Part shown: one piece after another, positions 25,311-40,577 of the stretch
Layout of the letters: the number at the start of each line of letters is the position of its first letter
How positions within the stretch are numbered: the first letter of the stretch is position 1
From: Octopus bimaculoides
Lineage: Eukaryota
Direction: 5' to 3'
Assembly: GCF_001194135.2 (NCBI RefSeq)
Contig: NC_068995.1
Span: forward strand, 21,382,040-21,423,816
Length of the DNA: 41,777 nt
The notes under the pieces: generated by a model
The model's input: the letters and a program-made list of their open reading frames with translations, nothing else
Database searches by the model: none
Told to the model about the DNA's origin: nothing
Position numbers and translations under genes: made by a program

Positions 25311-25689
25311 AAATATATATACTCGCCATGTCATATGAATTTTAAAAACTTTTGAGACATAAAATGATTGTCATTTTTTCTTTCATTTGTTTTTTTCAAG
25401 ATTGGCTCTCGAGACACATCAAACAAATTATCCCCCGACTATTTGTGATGTTCTTCGAGACCTAATGTTCCAAAAAGGAATTCATATTTATCATGTGATA
25501 CCATGTTCTTTATGCGATGTCGATTGAGGAACAACGTATCTAGCTGTCAACGTTTCTTGTATTGTCTGAATTAGGTCTTTGTCAAAAGTACTATTTTCTA
25601 GCTAGAGCTTATCACTACTTGTTTACCATAATGTTGTTACTTGTAGTAATGATCTGGTGGATTACCAAGCAACGTTTATGTTTTTAATG

Positions 25690-25920
25690 CTGAGGACACC
25701 ACCGGATTGAATTGTACCAGCCAGGTGTGACAAGCATAGTGATATGTTTTGGCAGCTGATGATGGGAATATACATATTATTCTCGATTGGAAATTTTTTA
25801 CATCTTAGTCTCGTTATTCTAGATTGCCTTCCATTATTGTAAAGAGGAATATATTTGTGGATGCTAAGTTCGTGGGGGTCACTTACTTTGGTATTGTTTG
25901 ATTTTCTTGGTTTTCTTCAC
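25690..25920 (-). repeat. Decayed dispersed repeat, copy 2 (possibly PLE linker-derived)
   Basis: accggattgaattgtaccagccaggtgtgacaagcatagtgatatgttttggcagctgatgatgg is homologous to 1090-1160. Confidence 0.45.
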
Positions 25921-26020
25921 AGCTAACCTAATTTAGCTTGGGCAATACTTAGATATTGTGTTTAATTGTAGGAGGTTCTGTGACATATTTTTTATACATA
26001 TATACAGATTAGGAAAACAG

Positions 26021-26195
26021 CCGACAACTGATGAAGGGCCGTTCGTTATGTTACTTGTCTTGTTTCCATTGGTTTCTTTCGTTGCTGCAAAAAAGTTCAT
26101 ATTCCATGTATTCGTATTTCGTATCTCATGTTTTCGTGCTATTTATATTGTTTACGTTCCATGACGTCCTGTATCAACATCTGCATATGTATATA
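26021..26195 (+). repeat. Interspersed repeat unit, tandem copy 1
   Basis: gacaactgatgaagggccgttcgttatgttact..tttctttcgttgctgcaaaaaagttc..gtattcgtatttcgtatctcatgttttcgt, repeated at 26510-26640. Confidence 0.75.
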
Positions 26196-26507
26196 CGCAT
26201 AGATGTATGTAGATATACGTATGTATATATGCATATATATATTATTTATATTATTATATGATTGAACACCACGCATCCTTTTCCAAGAAAGTTTTATCTT
26301 AATAATTCTGATGCGACACTCTAATCTAGCCTACTACTCTTTCGCTTCTCTCATTTTATTCTTATTCTTTTACCTCCCCTTCTCCCCCTCGTTTTTTTCT
26401 CTCTTATCCGTTCCCCAGATCTTTTCCTCTCCTCCTCACAGTTCTCTGTCTGTCACTCTCTCTTCCTCACTATTCCTCCTTTTCTCCCGTGGCATCTTTC
26501 TTTGTTT

Positions 26508-26640
26508 TCCTACAGTTGATGAAGGGTCGTTCGTTATGTTACTTTCATGTTTTCCATGTGTTTCTTTCGTTGTTGCAAAAAAAGTTCTGTGTATTCGTAT
26601 TTCGTATCTCATGTTTTCGTTTTTTTATGTTGTTTACATT
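26508..26640 (+). repeat. Interspersed repeat unit, tandem copy 2 (cut by a gap), preceded by a CT-rich tract
   Basis: tacagttgatgaagggtcgttcgttatgttact..tttctttcgttgttgcaaaaaaagttc..gtattcgtatttcgtatctcatgttttcgt. Confidence 0.75.
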
Positions 26641-27164
26641 NNNNNNNNNNNNNNNNNNNNNNNNNNNNNNNNNNNNNNNNNNNNNNNNNNNNNNNNNNNN
26701 NNNNNNNNNNNNNNNNNNNNNNNNNNNNNNNNNNNNNTATATATATATATATTGGCTAGTGTGTGTAATCTACACGTACACTCACATATTTGAATGTATG
26801 CATATTATATATGCAAATATATTCTCCCTAGTTTCAGGACTGCAGCAATGCTTGGGCAACTCATAGTAGAATGTTCATTCCTTCATTTCGAATGTAAACA
26901 CAACGTAGATCTTAGTGGAACCTCTACATTGATGGGATATATAGGTACTAAACATAAAGAAAGGTGGACAAGAGCAAATGCACGTACCACAATCATTGGG
27001 TCGGATGCTATTTTTTATTTTGTTTCACCCTAAGCTTTCGTTGAAGGCACTCGTCCATTGAGGCCTACCTTGTCACATCGAGGACAAGCAAAATTCTCAA
27101 CCACTCATCTATGTTCAGTCTAAACTACACACAAGCAAATGTGCGTTTATATATATATATATTC

Positions 27165-27362
27165 TTTTGTTTGTTTCAGTCATTTGGCAGCTGCCATACC
27201 GAAGAGATTTTATTCGAACAAATACCACACAGGAATTTATTTTTGAGATATAGTACTTATGCTATCGGTCACTTTGCCGAACCGCTAAAATATAGACGTC
27301 ATAAACACACCAACACCGGTTGGCTAGTGACAAACACGGACAAAAAACATACGCACATAGAT
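27165..27362 (-). mobile_element. SINE family B, 3' half, decayed
   Basis: tgtttcagtcattt..tagtacttatgctatcggtcactttgccgaaccgctaa..aaacacaccaacaccggtt. Confidence 0.7.
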
Positions 27363-27379
27363 ATATAAATATATACATT

Positions 27380-27685
27380 TTTTACTTGTTTCAGCGATAT
27401 CATAGCGGCCATGCTGGAGCACCACCTTTAGTCCAGCAAATCGACCTCAGGACTTATTCTTTGTAAGCCTAGTACTTATTCTGTCGGTTGTTTTGCCGAA
27501 CCGCTAGTTTATGGAGAGGTAAACACACCAGCATCGGTTGTCAAGCGATGTTTGGGTGACAAACAGAGACAGACAAACATATACACACACATACATATAT
27601 ATATATATACATATATACGACAGGCTTCTTTCAGTTTCCGTCTACCAAATCCACTTACAAGGCATTGGTCGGCACGAGGCTATTG
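27380..27685 (-). mobile_element. SINE family B, 5' end lost in the assembly gap
   Basis: gcggccatgctggagcaccacc..gacttattctttgtaagcctagtacttattc..gccgaaccgctag..cttctttcagtttccgtctaccaaatccac..ttggtcggc. Confidence 0.9.
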
Positions 27686-28087
27686 NNNNNNNNNNNNNNN
27701 NNNNNNNNNNNNNNNNNNNNNNNNNNNNNNNNNNNNNNNNNNNNNNNNNNNNNNNNNNNNNNNNNNNNNNNNNNNNNNNNNNNNNNNNNNNNNNNNNNNN
27801 NNNNNNNNNNNNNNNNNNNNNNNNNNNNNNNNNNNNNNNNNNNNNNNNNNNNNNNNNNNNNNNNNNNNNNNNNNNNNNNNNNNNNNNNNNNNNNNNNNNN
27901 NNNNNNNNNNNNNNNNNNNNNNNNNNNNNNNNNNNNNNNNNNNNNNNNNNNNNNNNNNNNNNNNNNNNNNNNNNNNNNNNNNNNNNNNNNNNNNNNNNNN
28001 NNNNNNNNNNNNNNNNNNNNNNNNNNNNNNNNNNNNNNNNNNNNNNNNNNNNNNNNNNNNNNNNNNNNNNNNNNNNNNNNNNNNNNN

Positions 28088-28135
<48 letters not shown>

Positions 28136-29017
28136 AGTGTCTGTGTGTGCGTGTGTGCGTGTGTGTATATGTATGAACAATATATATAGATAGATAGATA
28201 GACTGACAGATAGATAGATATATAGAGAAAGGAAGAGGTAAGGAGATGGAGAGAGTGGGACAGAGAGTGTGTGAGAGAGAGAGAGGGAGAGAAGGAGTGC
28301 AGTGAGGATATACAGAAAGAAAAACATGTTCACAGTGATCGCGATTAATCCCGAATTTCCGGCGGAAATGTGTTAACACTAAAATATCTGTCAAACGATC
28401 AGAATTTCACTTTGACAGCAGAGATCTTGACGTGGAAACGTATTTAATAAAATGCACGCACACATACACACACACAAACACCCACCACCCATCCACACAC
28501 ACACACACAGACATACACATGCGCGCGCACACAGGCACTCACGCATGAGACCAAGCCACATCCATACACACATCGAAACGCAAACACACACACACACACA
28601 CTTACACACATATGTAAAGAAGCTGACTTGTGGATGGAATGAAAAATAAAATAAGTGAAATAACCAAAATAAACAACTAAGTATAGAAACGCTACTACTT
28701 TCCAACTTTCCATTAGATATATTTTGTCAGATGTGTAGTTGAAACAGGCATTATTGTATTATTTTTTAAAATCTCCTTTCAATGTGCTGTTTCTTATGCA
28801 GTGCAGCACAAATCTCATCTACATACGCCATTTATGCACGCACTGTTTTTTGCGTTTGTTTGATGTGTTCAATTCATATAAAGGGAGCTACGCTGATTGC
28901 ACGAGGGAACTTGTATTGCTATTTTCTTAAATATCTAAAAGTGCTGAAATGCATCGCCTGGGCTCTTTTTATCTTTATTAATGTGTCCTCATCTATTTGC
29001 CTTTTTTTATATATTTC

Positions 29018-29018
<1 letters not shown>

Positions 29019-29071
<53 letters not shown>

Positions 29072-29080
29072 GTTGTTATT

Positions 29081-29118
<38 letters not shown>

Positions 29119-29130
29119 CGTTGTTGTTGT
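29019..29130. repeat. (TTA)n(TTG)n compound microsatellite
   Basis: Directly visible. It explains the poly-N/Y/L/I ORFs in the track. Confidence 0.95.
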
Positions 29131-32100
29131 ATTTACTTCTACTTCTGCTGCTGTTGTTGTTATTATTACTATTATTCAACGCTTCTACTGCTGTACATCT
29201 CTGTATTTACTTCGGTGTGAGATGTGTGGGTTTGAATATTTGCTAGATGTATTACTTTATATTACTATTTGCTCTCGTAATCTTGCTGTTATTATGTGAA
29301 TAGTTAATAGCTCTGTATCACATATTCACATATGATTTTTACAAGATTCCATAGCTTTTCATAACTTGATTGCTCTTCCTTTTATTTTTTTTCCGAACAA
29401 TGTACTGTTGTTCAGAAGGGATTGATATAGTTTGGAGACAACTTTTTCACGTTTGTGAATAACATCTAGTTTGCATTAATTTTTTGCTATCACTAACCCA
29501 ATCACTTTATTATTTTTATTTTTATTGTTTACCCAGATCAGCTCTGATAAAGAACAATAGGATCAAAGGCAAACCAGCTGTTACAATACCGTTCATTTTT
29601 CGGGTTCAGCGTATATTATTCAATGTTCTGCTTCTTACTAAGATTATAAGGTAGGATTTGTGGGATATTTGCAACGTTAGCGATAACAGCCACAATATCA
29701 TGGCTTCTTTTGCCGAAGCAGTCTCCACAGGGGAATAATACAATATATCGCTAAAAGATAAAAGGGATACATTACAACGAGCCGTTGCATTTAGGAAAAT
29801 TAACAGTTAAACGGCAAGATCTCTAGCTGTAGCTGCTAGAAAGGCCGTTATATATCACCGAAAGAGTTTAAAACCTCGTCACCGCATACCGGCCACTAAC
29901 ACTTAAGTAGAGTGGTCCCTTCGTGACCTAAGGACTGATATCGAACATATATCTAAACAAAGAAGTTTAGCCGCATAGAGGTCTGATTTAAGATTGGAGC
30001 TCCAGCAATGCAAATTTCAGCGTTCGCCTACCATACTGAGGAATTCACTATCTTCATGTATTTATGTAGAAATATAACACTACCACAGGTCCCACTAGAG
30101 CTGTCTCTGAGAGATATTGGCATACATTTTATTGGAGGAGAAAGAAACTTTACTTAACGTGAAGAAAAGGAGGAAAACTAGCTTGGATCACGGATTATGT
30201 TTTTTCATCGTAAAGGCAGGTCATCAAGAAAGGACCACATACCTCCCAACTGAATGGAACGGAACTAAGAGGAATAGTGTAGAGCAGAGGACCCTGAAAG
30301 AACAGCTATGGCTCAATAGATAATTTCAGAGCTTTTCTGCCCCCACAACCAAAAATAAGAAAAAAGTAAGGAGGGCCCACTCTGCTTACGAGACCATCTC
30401 TCCAACAACGGCAAGATTGTACATAAACAGGAGCAATAGCAATAGTAATAACTTCTGACCAACAATAATAATCTCAGCAATCATAACGACAACACTCATA
30501 ACCGTAGCATACTCTATGGAAACAATAAGAGTAGCAACAATAATTACACGGATATTCAATTCGCCACTAATGACAGCTAATGTGGCAAAAATAATGATTG
30601 ACAAGAATCACCACGCAGATGGTATTCCAACCCAGCAATCTCTCCCCGGCTGTCTTTATTCCGTACTATGTGCAAACACTCTTTTACACGCGCAAAAGAG
30701 ATTCTCTTTCTCTTACCCGACTCCGAGTTTTCCGATCATAACTCTGGTAATGAGGTAAAGGGCCACCGAAAGCAAGACAAATAAATAAAAGTAAAGGAAC
30801 TAAGCACAAAACAACACCAGCTAAATACACTCCACCCACAATCGCACTTTGTGATATTCAACATAGAGAACACAGAAATGCTATCTTGCATAGCACACAG
30901 TGAAGACAGGGACAGAAGTAAGGACTTTCAATGAAAGCACAGTGGAGGTTTCTGAGAAGTGAAATTCGTATGGCTGCGAATTAACTGATGAAGGAAAATA
31001 AGTTTACAACATGACATGACCCCAACATTTCGGCCTGGAACAGTCTACTCATTGTTTTCCTATTGGACACCACACTAAGCAGTGAGTTTGACACAGGAAA
31101 AATTCACTAAGATAAGTGACATCTTTTTCTTCTGGATTATGAACTGGAGTACTCTTGACCTTTCTGGAAATCGACGGTACGTTGATTATCCTGGATGTGT
31201 ACGGCTGTAAAGGGTGTACTTTCAGGTCAGATTTCTTCAGTTGTGAAATCGTTTTCCTTTAAACGTCCTGCTCTTTAGTGTTAGTAGGTGATTAGAAACC
31301 TGCCTTGGATGCACGTTTGAAATATATGGGTGTAGGTGATAGAGTATTCTCTAGATCAGCAGATAAGAATAGCCTAGAGTATCACAATTCCAATCGGTCG
31401 ACTACACCAAACAAAATTTGTGATTTGCTGATCAAGTTAGGGTGAATAGGCAGGGTCCCCATTGCTGGAAGTCGAACTTGCCTTCCTCAGCAAGTTCATT
31501 TTGACTAAAGAGGTTGACGAGGATAATCCTCAACAACCGATTGTGGCTGGTTTTGAAAAGGGCAACTATCGATAACGCTTAGTAAAGATATAGCGAAAAA
31601 GAATTCTAGAGCAGAAGGAGATCAAGTGAGGAAGAATAGAGACGCGGATAAAATTTTGAGGTCTTTTCTAGAATTAAAAGAAATTTTCTTTCTCAGCATA
31701 TTGGAAACGAATGAAATTAGTGTATCTGCATTAACATAGCTGCATTAACATGCAGTTGAAAAATAGCGTATTTTAAACATTTAGTAGCAAAATAATGTGG
31801 AGTACACGCACGCTCTAGAATTTTAAACGATCTGCTTTGTTTTATTGTAGGTTTCCGTTATTTCTATGATCCAAAAGAAATCGTAATATACATGCTTAGT
31901 TGCTTTTAATACTGAGGTTACTGAGGTGATTGTGAAGTTAGTGTCATTTCATAGTATAGGTATTCCCTATAGACAAGTTAGTAAATGCTGTTGACTCTCC
32001 TCCTTCTTTGTATTTAAATTAGGAATAGTTTTATTAATTAACAGCTAGGAAACAAGCACACTAAAAACTGAAAAGAGCGAGTCCTTGGAATGTAATGATG

Positions 32101-32430
32101 TTAAGTCGGAGCTTAGATTTATGATGTTGATAGTAACCGTAGACCTGTCTAATAATTCTTTATTGTTGTTTTAATGAAGTCCATTCTGTCGTGAAATTGT
32201 GAAGTGATGTATAGCTGTGAGACATATGCCTGTTTGCCTATATGGCAAGTCAGACCTGCATGACTCCACTATCTTAATGGTTGCTGATGATTCTGAGATG
32301 AAGGACTTATGATTGTATACTACACATTCGATCCAGTAGACGAGCGTCAGATAAGTGAACAGAGCCTCAGATCAGTGATTTATAAATTACAGGCGGACAA
32401 GAATTGTGCCAATATTTACTGGATAGAAAA

Positions 32431-32640
32431 TCGGCGAGGTAGTAGAATTGTTAGCAGCCAGACGAAATACTTAGCGACATTTCGTCCGTTCTCAGGTTCT
32501 GAGTTGAAATTCCACTGAGGTCGACTTTACCTTCCATCCTTTTGGGATCGGTAAAATAAGTACTAGCCTAACACTGGGGTCGATGGAATCGACTTACTTC
32601 ACCCTTGAAATTGCTGGCCTTGTGCCAAAATTTGAAACCA
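32431..32640 (+). mobile_element. SINE family A
   Basis: ggcgaggtagtagaattgttagc..ttctgagttgaaattccactgaggtcgactttacc..ggggtcgatggaatcgactta..gctggccttgtgccaaaatttgaaacca. Confidence 0.85.
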
Positions 32641-33726
32641 ATATTTAGTAGTTAGACTGTTGGGGATAATTTGTTTTGTGCTGCCAGTAAGTAGGCATCT
32701 AGGCGTTTGGTCTATATCGCTGAAAATTGTTTTGAAGATAGCTATAACCTCGTAGGGCAGTATGATTATGCCAAGCGACAGCCCCAATGGGTGTTTCAAA
32801 GCCAGCTGCCGAAACAGTTTTAAGCAAAACTCAAATGTTTGGGGAAAATGTTTTTTCAGTTTCTATTGGTGTTGCATTTTAAAAGCATTTATTGCTTTTG
32901 TTATACATAACTTATGTTCAATTTTCTTCCAAAATGTTGTTAATGTTTCTTTAGTCGGAATCTTATTAAACTCTATCTTGTTACCACCTTTTGTCATACA
33001 GAATATTTTTGAGTTATTTACACTGTATTGTTTTCTTCTAATGCTTATTGAGATATCTGTCTAGTATATTATTTTCAGCAGATATATTTTGTTTGATACA
33101 TTCATGTACTTTCACTTATGGTTGCTCATCGTTCATTTTGTCTTAAATCATAATACTGTAATACTTTTGTTAATTTTCCTGTAAGGATTATATACTTTTA
33201 TTAGTCTATTTATTATTTTGTGCAGGAATCTTCTATCTTTTGCATGTCTTTTACAACAATATATTACATATTGTCGAAGAGACTGTTGTTTTCAGTGCGC
33301 TATCGTGTAGAAAAACGTGTATCTGGGTAATAGTATTCTGTTACAAAATGCATTTTTGCTATTTCCGTTTCAATGTTAGGTAGTGGTAGAGTCTCTTAAT
33401 CCATGTTAGTGTATTAGTGGCTGTCACATAAATATATACCTACAATTCATAGTAGTCATTTGAGTCCGTTTTAAGTAAGATGCTCTAGCACTAACATCGT
33501 TAGTTTCTTCTTGATCATCTGCTACAGACTTTTGTCGAATTCTAGTGCAGGTGTTATATTTACTGTCATTGCACTAATACACTGACCAGAAATGACATAC
33601 CTGCGAAATAACATTGTTAAACGTAGTCTCATCGGTAACAATAAAACCGATATTGCTATTAATATAATTATTATTACTATTATCAACATCATTATTATAG
33701 TTTCACCTGCTAAAATTTATTGCAGA

Positions 33727-33945
33727 GGGGCAGCGAGCTGACATAATCATTAGCTCATCGGAAAAAAAATGCTTAGCGGCATTTCGGTTGCCTTTACGTT
33801 GTGATTTCGAAAAGCGACGCGGTCGACTTCGTCTTTTATCCTTTCGAGGTCAATGAAATAAGGACCAGTTTAACAACGGGGTCGATATAATCGACTTGCT
33901 CCATCCCCCAAAATGGATAGCCTTGTGCCTATAGCAGAAAGGATT
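33727..33945 (+). mobile_element. SINE family A
   Basis: ggcagcgagctgacataatcattagc..aaatgcttagcggcatttcg..ggggtcgatataatcgactt..ccttgtgcctatagcagaaaggatt. Confidence 0.8.
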
Positions 33946-35056
33946 ATCAAACAAAGGAGTTAATGTTAAATCTTGTGGATGTGATAGTGTTTGTAGTAGT
34001 GGTTGGGTGCTGCTGTTGGTCTGAATTTTATTGTATTCACCTTTTTCGTTATCAGTATTGCTGCTGCCTTCCCTATCTTTAATTTGTTTTGTTGATAGCT
34101 TTGTTCTTGTTTCTGTTGTTTCTGCTGCTGATGCTGCAGCTCTTGTTGTTGTTGGTGGTCTTATTGTTGTCAACATTACATATTTTAGCGATGGTTGTTC
34201 GGTTTGCAGTGGAGGTAATAATAGTGGATGCGACGCTGCCAATTCTTTACATTTTCTTGCCTTTGTAGCAGTTACAGTTGTTGATGTTGTTGTTGCTGTA
34301 ACTGATGGTGCTGTTGTTGCAGCTGCTACTGCTGGTTCAGAAAAGTGATGATGTTTCCCACACATCGGAGAGAGAATCTCTCAGTTATTTTTTCGATGGT
34401 ATTTGAATTCCCCTTTTATTTTGAAGAAATAGAGATAGGAAACTCTTTTTCTCACCCCTGGATGCATGCGTGAAGTAGAGTCAGAGACAGATAAAGATAT
34501 ATATATAGACAAAGAGAAATAGAAACTGTTCTTCGTGCCATCTCCCCACCTTATCAACTTTTACACCGGGGAAAACATTCATATTGAAGAGGCCATTAAC
34601 AAGAGTAATGTTCTCCTTCGGCATAGTGTGGATGTGTCAGTGTCGCTTATGATGTGGATAACATTCCACTCGAGCTAACAGTTTTGTCTCTTCAAAATGT
34701 TTTTGTTTAGCTCATGTTCAACACTAATATCTTGGCCTACAATTAAAATTACTATCCTTATATTTATTTGTTTCTGTTTAGAAACGGCGTTATTTTGTTC
34801 ATTGTGAATTTACTTTTGGTTCAGCTGTTCGATATTTTCGAGAGCCATTTTCAACGCTATGGAAGGTGAAGAAGAGAAAAAGATATGTATGAAAAAGATG
34901 GCAAATCTCTTGTTTCTTTGTCCAAAGCCTGTATGGATAAATGCCAAATTATCCAAAGTTATGCGTATACTAGCAAGTCTTAGAAAACACTTCCCCAGTA
35001 GTAAAATACTTCAGGTCGTTAAGTAATTCAAATAACACATCAAACATAGACAGCAA

Positions 35057-37257
<2,201 letters not shown>

Positions 37258-40200
37258 AATAAGTTAGAAGTAAGCAGATATATAGACGCGAATAAATTAA
37301 GTAATGTACTTAGAGACATCATTAAGAATAAAGGTTAACTGACGCTGAAATTAGCCAAATTAGGATAACAAATATCCCATGGTGGGCCAAATGAAAACAG
37401 CAACAATGCAGAGGAAATAGGTAACAGATGCACGGAACCCAGTGTACGAGCAGTACGTTCCAACGAGGAAGCTGAAGAAGGAATAACGGAGAACGGATAT
37501 GCGGGAAAAGAGGAGAAAGTAGACCTACCTCAAGAACACCAGAATAGATATGACACAGAATTTGAGGCGAATAATAAAGAGAAGATCATAGAAGCAAAAG
37601 AAGATATTATGAGAGAAATCAGCAAGACTAAGTTTACTGACATGATCAATAGAGAACCGCTACCAAAGCTCTCAAACAACATAAAAAATAACAACATAAT
37701 CATGATATATAATGTTGCTCTTAGACAGATGTTAAGAAATAAGGGAAATGAACTAATAACCTTAAATAAACTCATGTTATTTAAGGTTAAAATGAAACAA
37801 AGTAAAAATCTGAAGCAAATATATAAAATCAAAGATATTTATAAACATCCCTGCAACCAACGAAATAATGAAACAACGAATACAACTGAAAGCCGAAAGT
37901 CTCAGAAGGTACGAGAAAAAGAATCAAATCTTATCGATAAAACAAGGTACTCAAGACAGATGCAAATATATTTTACAGGGAAATTGGCAAACGTAAGATA
38001 GAAGTAAAGGATGCCCCTAAGAGTGAGGAAAGGGAAGAGCTCTGTGAAAGAAGATATGGAGCAACAAACAAGAATGTGATGCTGAAGCTCACTGCGTAGA
38101 AAGTGAGACTGGATGAAGTTGAACAGCAGAAATGGGAAGCAATAGGAGTAGAAGAGCTAAGATGTGTTCTAAGAAAGTCTCACAAATGGAAAATCATAAG
38201 ACTGGAGCGGATTCCTAACTTCTGACTGAATTGTTTGACAGAAATACACCAACGTTTTGCTATATCCCTAACTGATGTCATACAGAACCCAGACAAAATA
38301 TCTGCCTGGCTGACCGAAGGAAGAGCATACCTTCTACCAAAAACCGAAGACACGAAAAATCCAAAGAACTACCGATCAATAACATGTCACAATACCACAT
38401 ACAAGATCCTCACATCTATACTAACTGAAAGAATATACACTTATTTGAACAGAAATCTATCCTTCCATAAGCTCAAAAAGGTTGTAAAAGCAATTCTCAT
38501 GGATGCAAAGATCAATTACTCATAAATAAAATTATTGAAGATAATTGCCGGAGCAAAAGGAAAAACCTGCGTATAACATGAACAGACTACAGGAAAGCGT
38601 TTGATAGTGTCCCAAATAATTGGCTACTCAAGGTCGTCGAGACATATAAGATCTCTCCTGTCGTCTCCAAATTCTTACAAGGTAGCATAGACAAGTGGGA
38701 TTCACGTCTCCTTCTACACCATAGTAATGGGATGAACCATTAATGAAATGAAGCATTATGAAATAAAGCATCTTGAAATGAAGCAACATGAAATGAAGCA
38801 TCATTCAACGTGACTCCCTCTCCCCATTACTGCTTTGCATTGCATGGTCCCACTCTCAAACGAAGTGTATAACACCAGGTATGGGTGCAAAGTATATTAT
38901 ACCAAACCATCTGTTATATATGGACGATCTGAAGCTGTTTGCTAGAAATGAGAAAGAGTTAGTAAGGATGTTAACAATTGTTAAAGAGTACGGCAATGAC
39001 ATCGGGATGGATTTTGGCCTTGAGAAATGTGCTAAAGTAACTTTTATAAGAGGCAAATTCAAACAAACAACGTCTATTAAATTAAACACCAACGACCTTC
39101 ACCCACAAGAAATTACAAATACTTGGGGATCAACGAAGGAGATAGTATACAACATGCTACTATGAAGGAAAAAAAAAAAGAATGTAGTATTATAGGAGAG
39201 TAAGACTGATAATAAAAAAACTGAATTAAACTCAAAAAATCGCATCGACGCCATTAACACCCTGGCACTTCCAGTAGTACAATACAGTTTTAACATCATT
39301 AACTAGAACCTTAGTGAGCTTCAACGCATGGGCAGGAAGACAGGAAACTACTAACTTTAAAGAACATGCACCACCAGAAAGCAGATGTTGATCGTCTGTA
39401 TCTACCTAGAAGTAATGGGGGGGGGATGAATGATGTTGATTGAACTGCGCTCCACAATAGAAATGAACGGGTACTTATCTAGTACAGAGGACTGGATGCT
39501 GCGACTTGTGTGCAAACACAAACGCAGCAAAAAATCACATTCTATTGTCAAGGAAGCTTACAACTTAACACATAATAACCCCGAATTAGATGAAGAACCT
39601 GAAACCACTGCCACAAAACAAGAAAAAGGATCAAACAGGCTCCAAAAAGAACGGGCAAAAACAAATTCAGCAGTGATGAGACAGTAGCCTCTGAATTGAC
39701 AGCATTTACTTCGAAGTCGAAATGCTGATATAGACCAAGCAACATCCTATCAGTGACTGAAAATTTCAGGACTGAAAGCAGAGAATGAAGGTCTTATAGT
39801 TGTGGCACTAGGTCCAAGCATACTTACCAAAAACTAAAAGGCTAACGTTCTTCAAATCCGTTCTTACCCTAAATGAAGATTCTTTGACACATTCGATGAA
39901 ACAATAGACCATCTCGTCTCGGGTTGGCCTGTACTGATATTAAACGAATACAAAAATCATCACGATGGTGTAGGACAGTTTTTACATTGGAAAATATGTA
40001 AACACTACAAAATCAGCAGTCCTGCTTACTGGTATGAACATCATCCTGAGTCAGTCGTTGAAGGTAAAATTGTAACTATCCTTTGGTATTTTCCAGTCAA
40101 CATTGACAGAAAAACCCAGTCTAATCGACTAGACATAGCCATTAAAGATGAGAAGACAATACTTCTAGACGTATAGATGTATGTGTTCCCACTGATGAAA

Positions 40201-40447
40201 ATATATCTGTAAAGGAATTTGAGAAATTATGTAAATATAAGGACCTGGAAAATGAAATACAAAAGAAGTGGCATCCTAAAGCGAAACTATTCATGCTATT
40301 GTAATTGCCCTATGTATGATAATAAAGAGATGTCAGAAGCATGTAGATAATATCCAAGGAGAACCATGTCTCAGAGATATCCAACAGACTGTGCTGACAA
40401 GTACTTCCCTCATCCTTAGAAAAAAGCTGTGAGGTTAAAATTATACT
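37258..40447 (+). mobile_element. R4/Dong-clade non-LTR retrotransposon (RT plus restriction-like endonuclease), 5' end missing, pseudogenised
   Basis: N-terminal: YIDANKLSNVLRDIIKNK/LTDAEISQIR. RT: WLTEGRAYLLPK..NPKNYRSITC..YKILTSIL, DYRKAFDSVP, DSLSPL, HLLYMDDLKLFA (YMDD at 38917-38928), FGLEKCAK. Eroded CCHC knuckle: ETIDHLVSG. RLE: HDGVGQFLHW..WYEHHPESV..NRLDIAIKD..IDVCVPTD..KYKDL. The ORF ends ILRKKL*, followed by a very short 3'UTR. Many stops and frameshifts. Confidence 0.9.
38743..38802 (+). repeat. 15-bp minisatellite x4 (ATGAAATGAAGCATC-like) inside the Dong RT, just before the QGDSLSP motif
   Basis: Units are atgaaatgaagcatt / atgaaataaagcatc / ttgaaatgaagcaac / atgaaatgaagcatc. 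Confidence 0.9.
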
Positions 40448-40459
40448 AACAACAACAGC

Positions 40460-40505
<46 letters not shown>

Positions 40506-40513
40506 GCAACAAC

Positions 40514-40577
<64 letters not shown>
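40448..40577 (+). repeat. (CAA)n(TAA)n compound microsatellite between two R4/Dong elements
   Basis: Directly visible. Confidence 0.95.

Noticed and set aside
29019-29130. (CAA)n(TAA)n on the minus strand, the same composite as the Dong1 tail
   Set aside because: No Dong 3' coding remnant is adjacent, so it cannot be called an element end.
28782-29299. Poly-L/N/Y/I/V ORFs (similar ones at 35011-35466 and 40310-40709)
   Set aside because: These are translations of trinucleotide microsatellites.
30935-31000. GAAATTCG..CGAATT hairpin followed by CTGATGA, hammerhead-like
   Set aside because: There is no room for stem I and no upstream CUGANGA core, so the topology is incomplete.
33850-34365. 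171-aa T/A-rich ORF
   Set aside because: It derives from degenerate (GTT/GCT)n low-complexity sequence and runs into a SINE.
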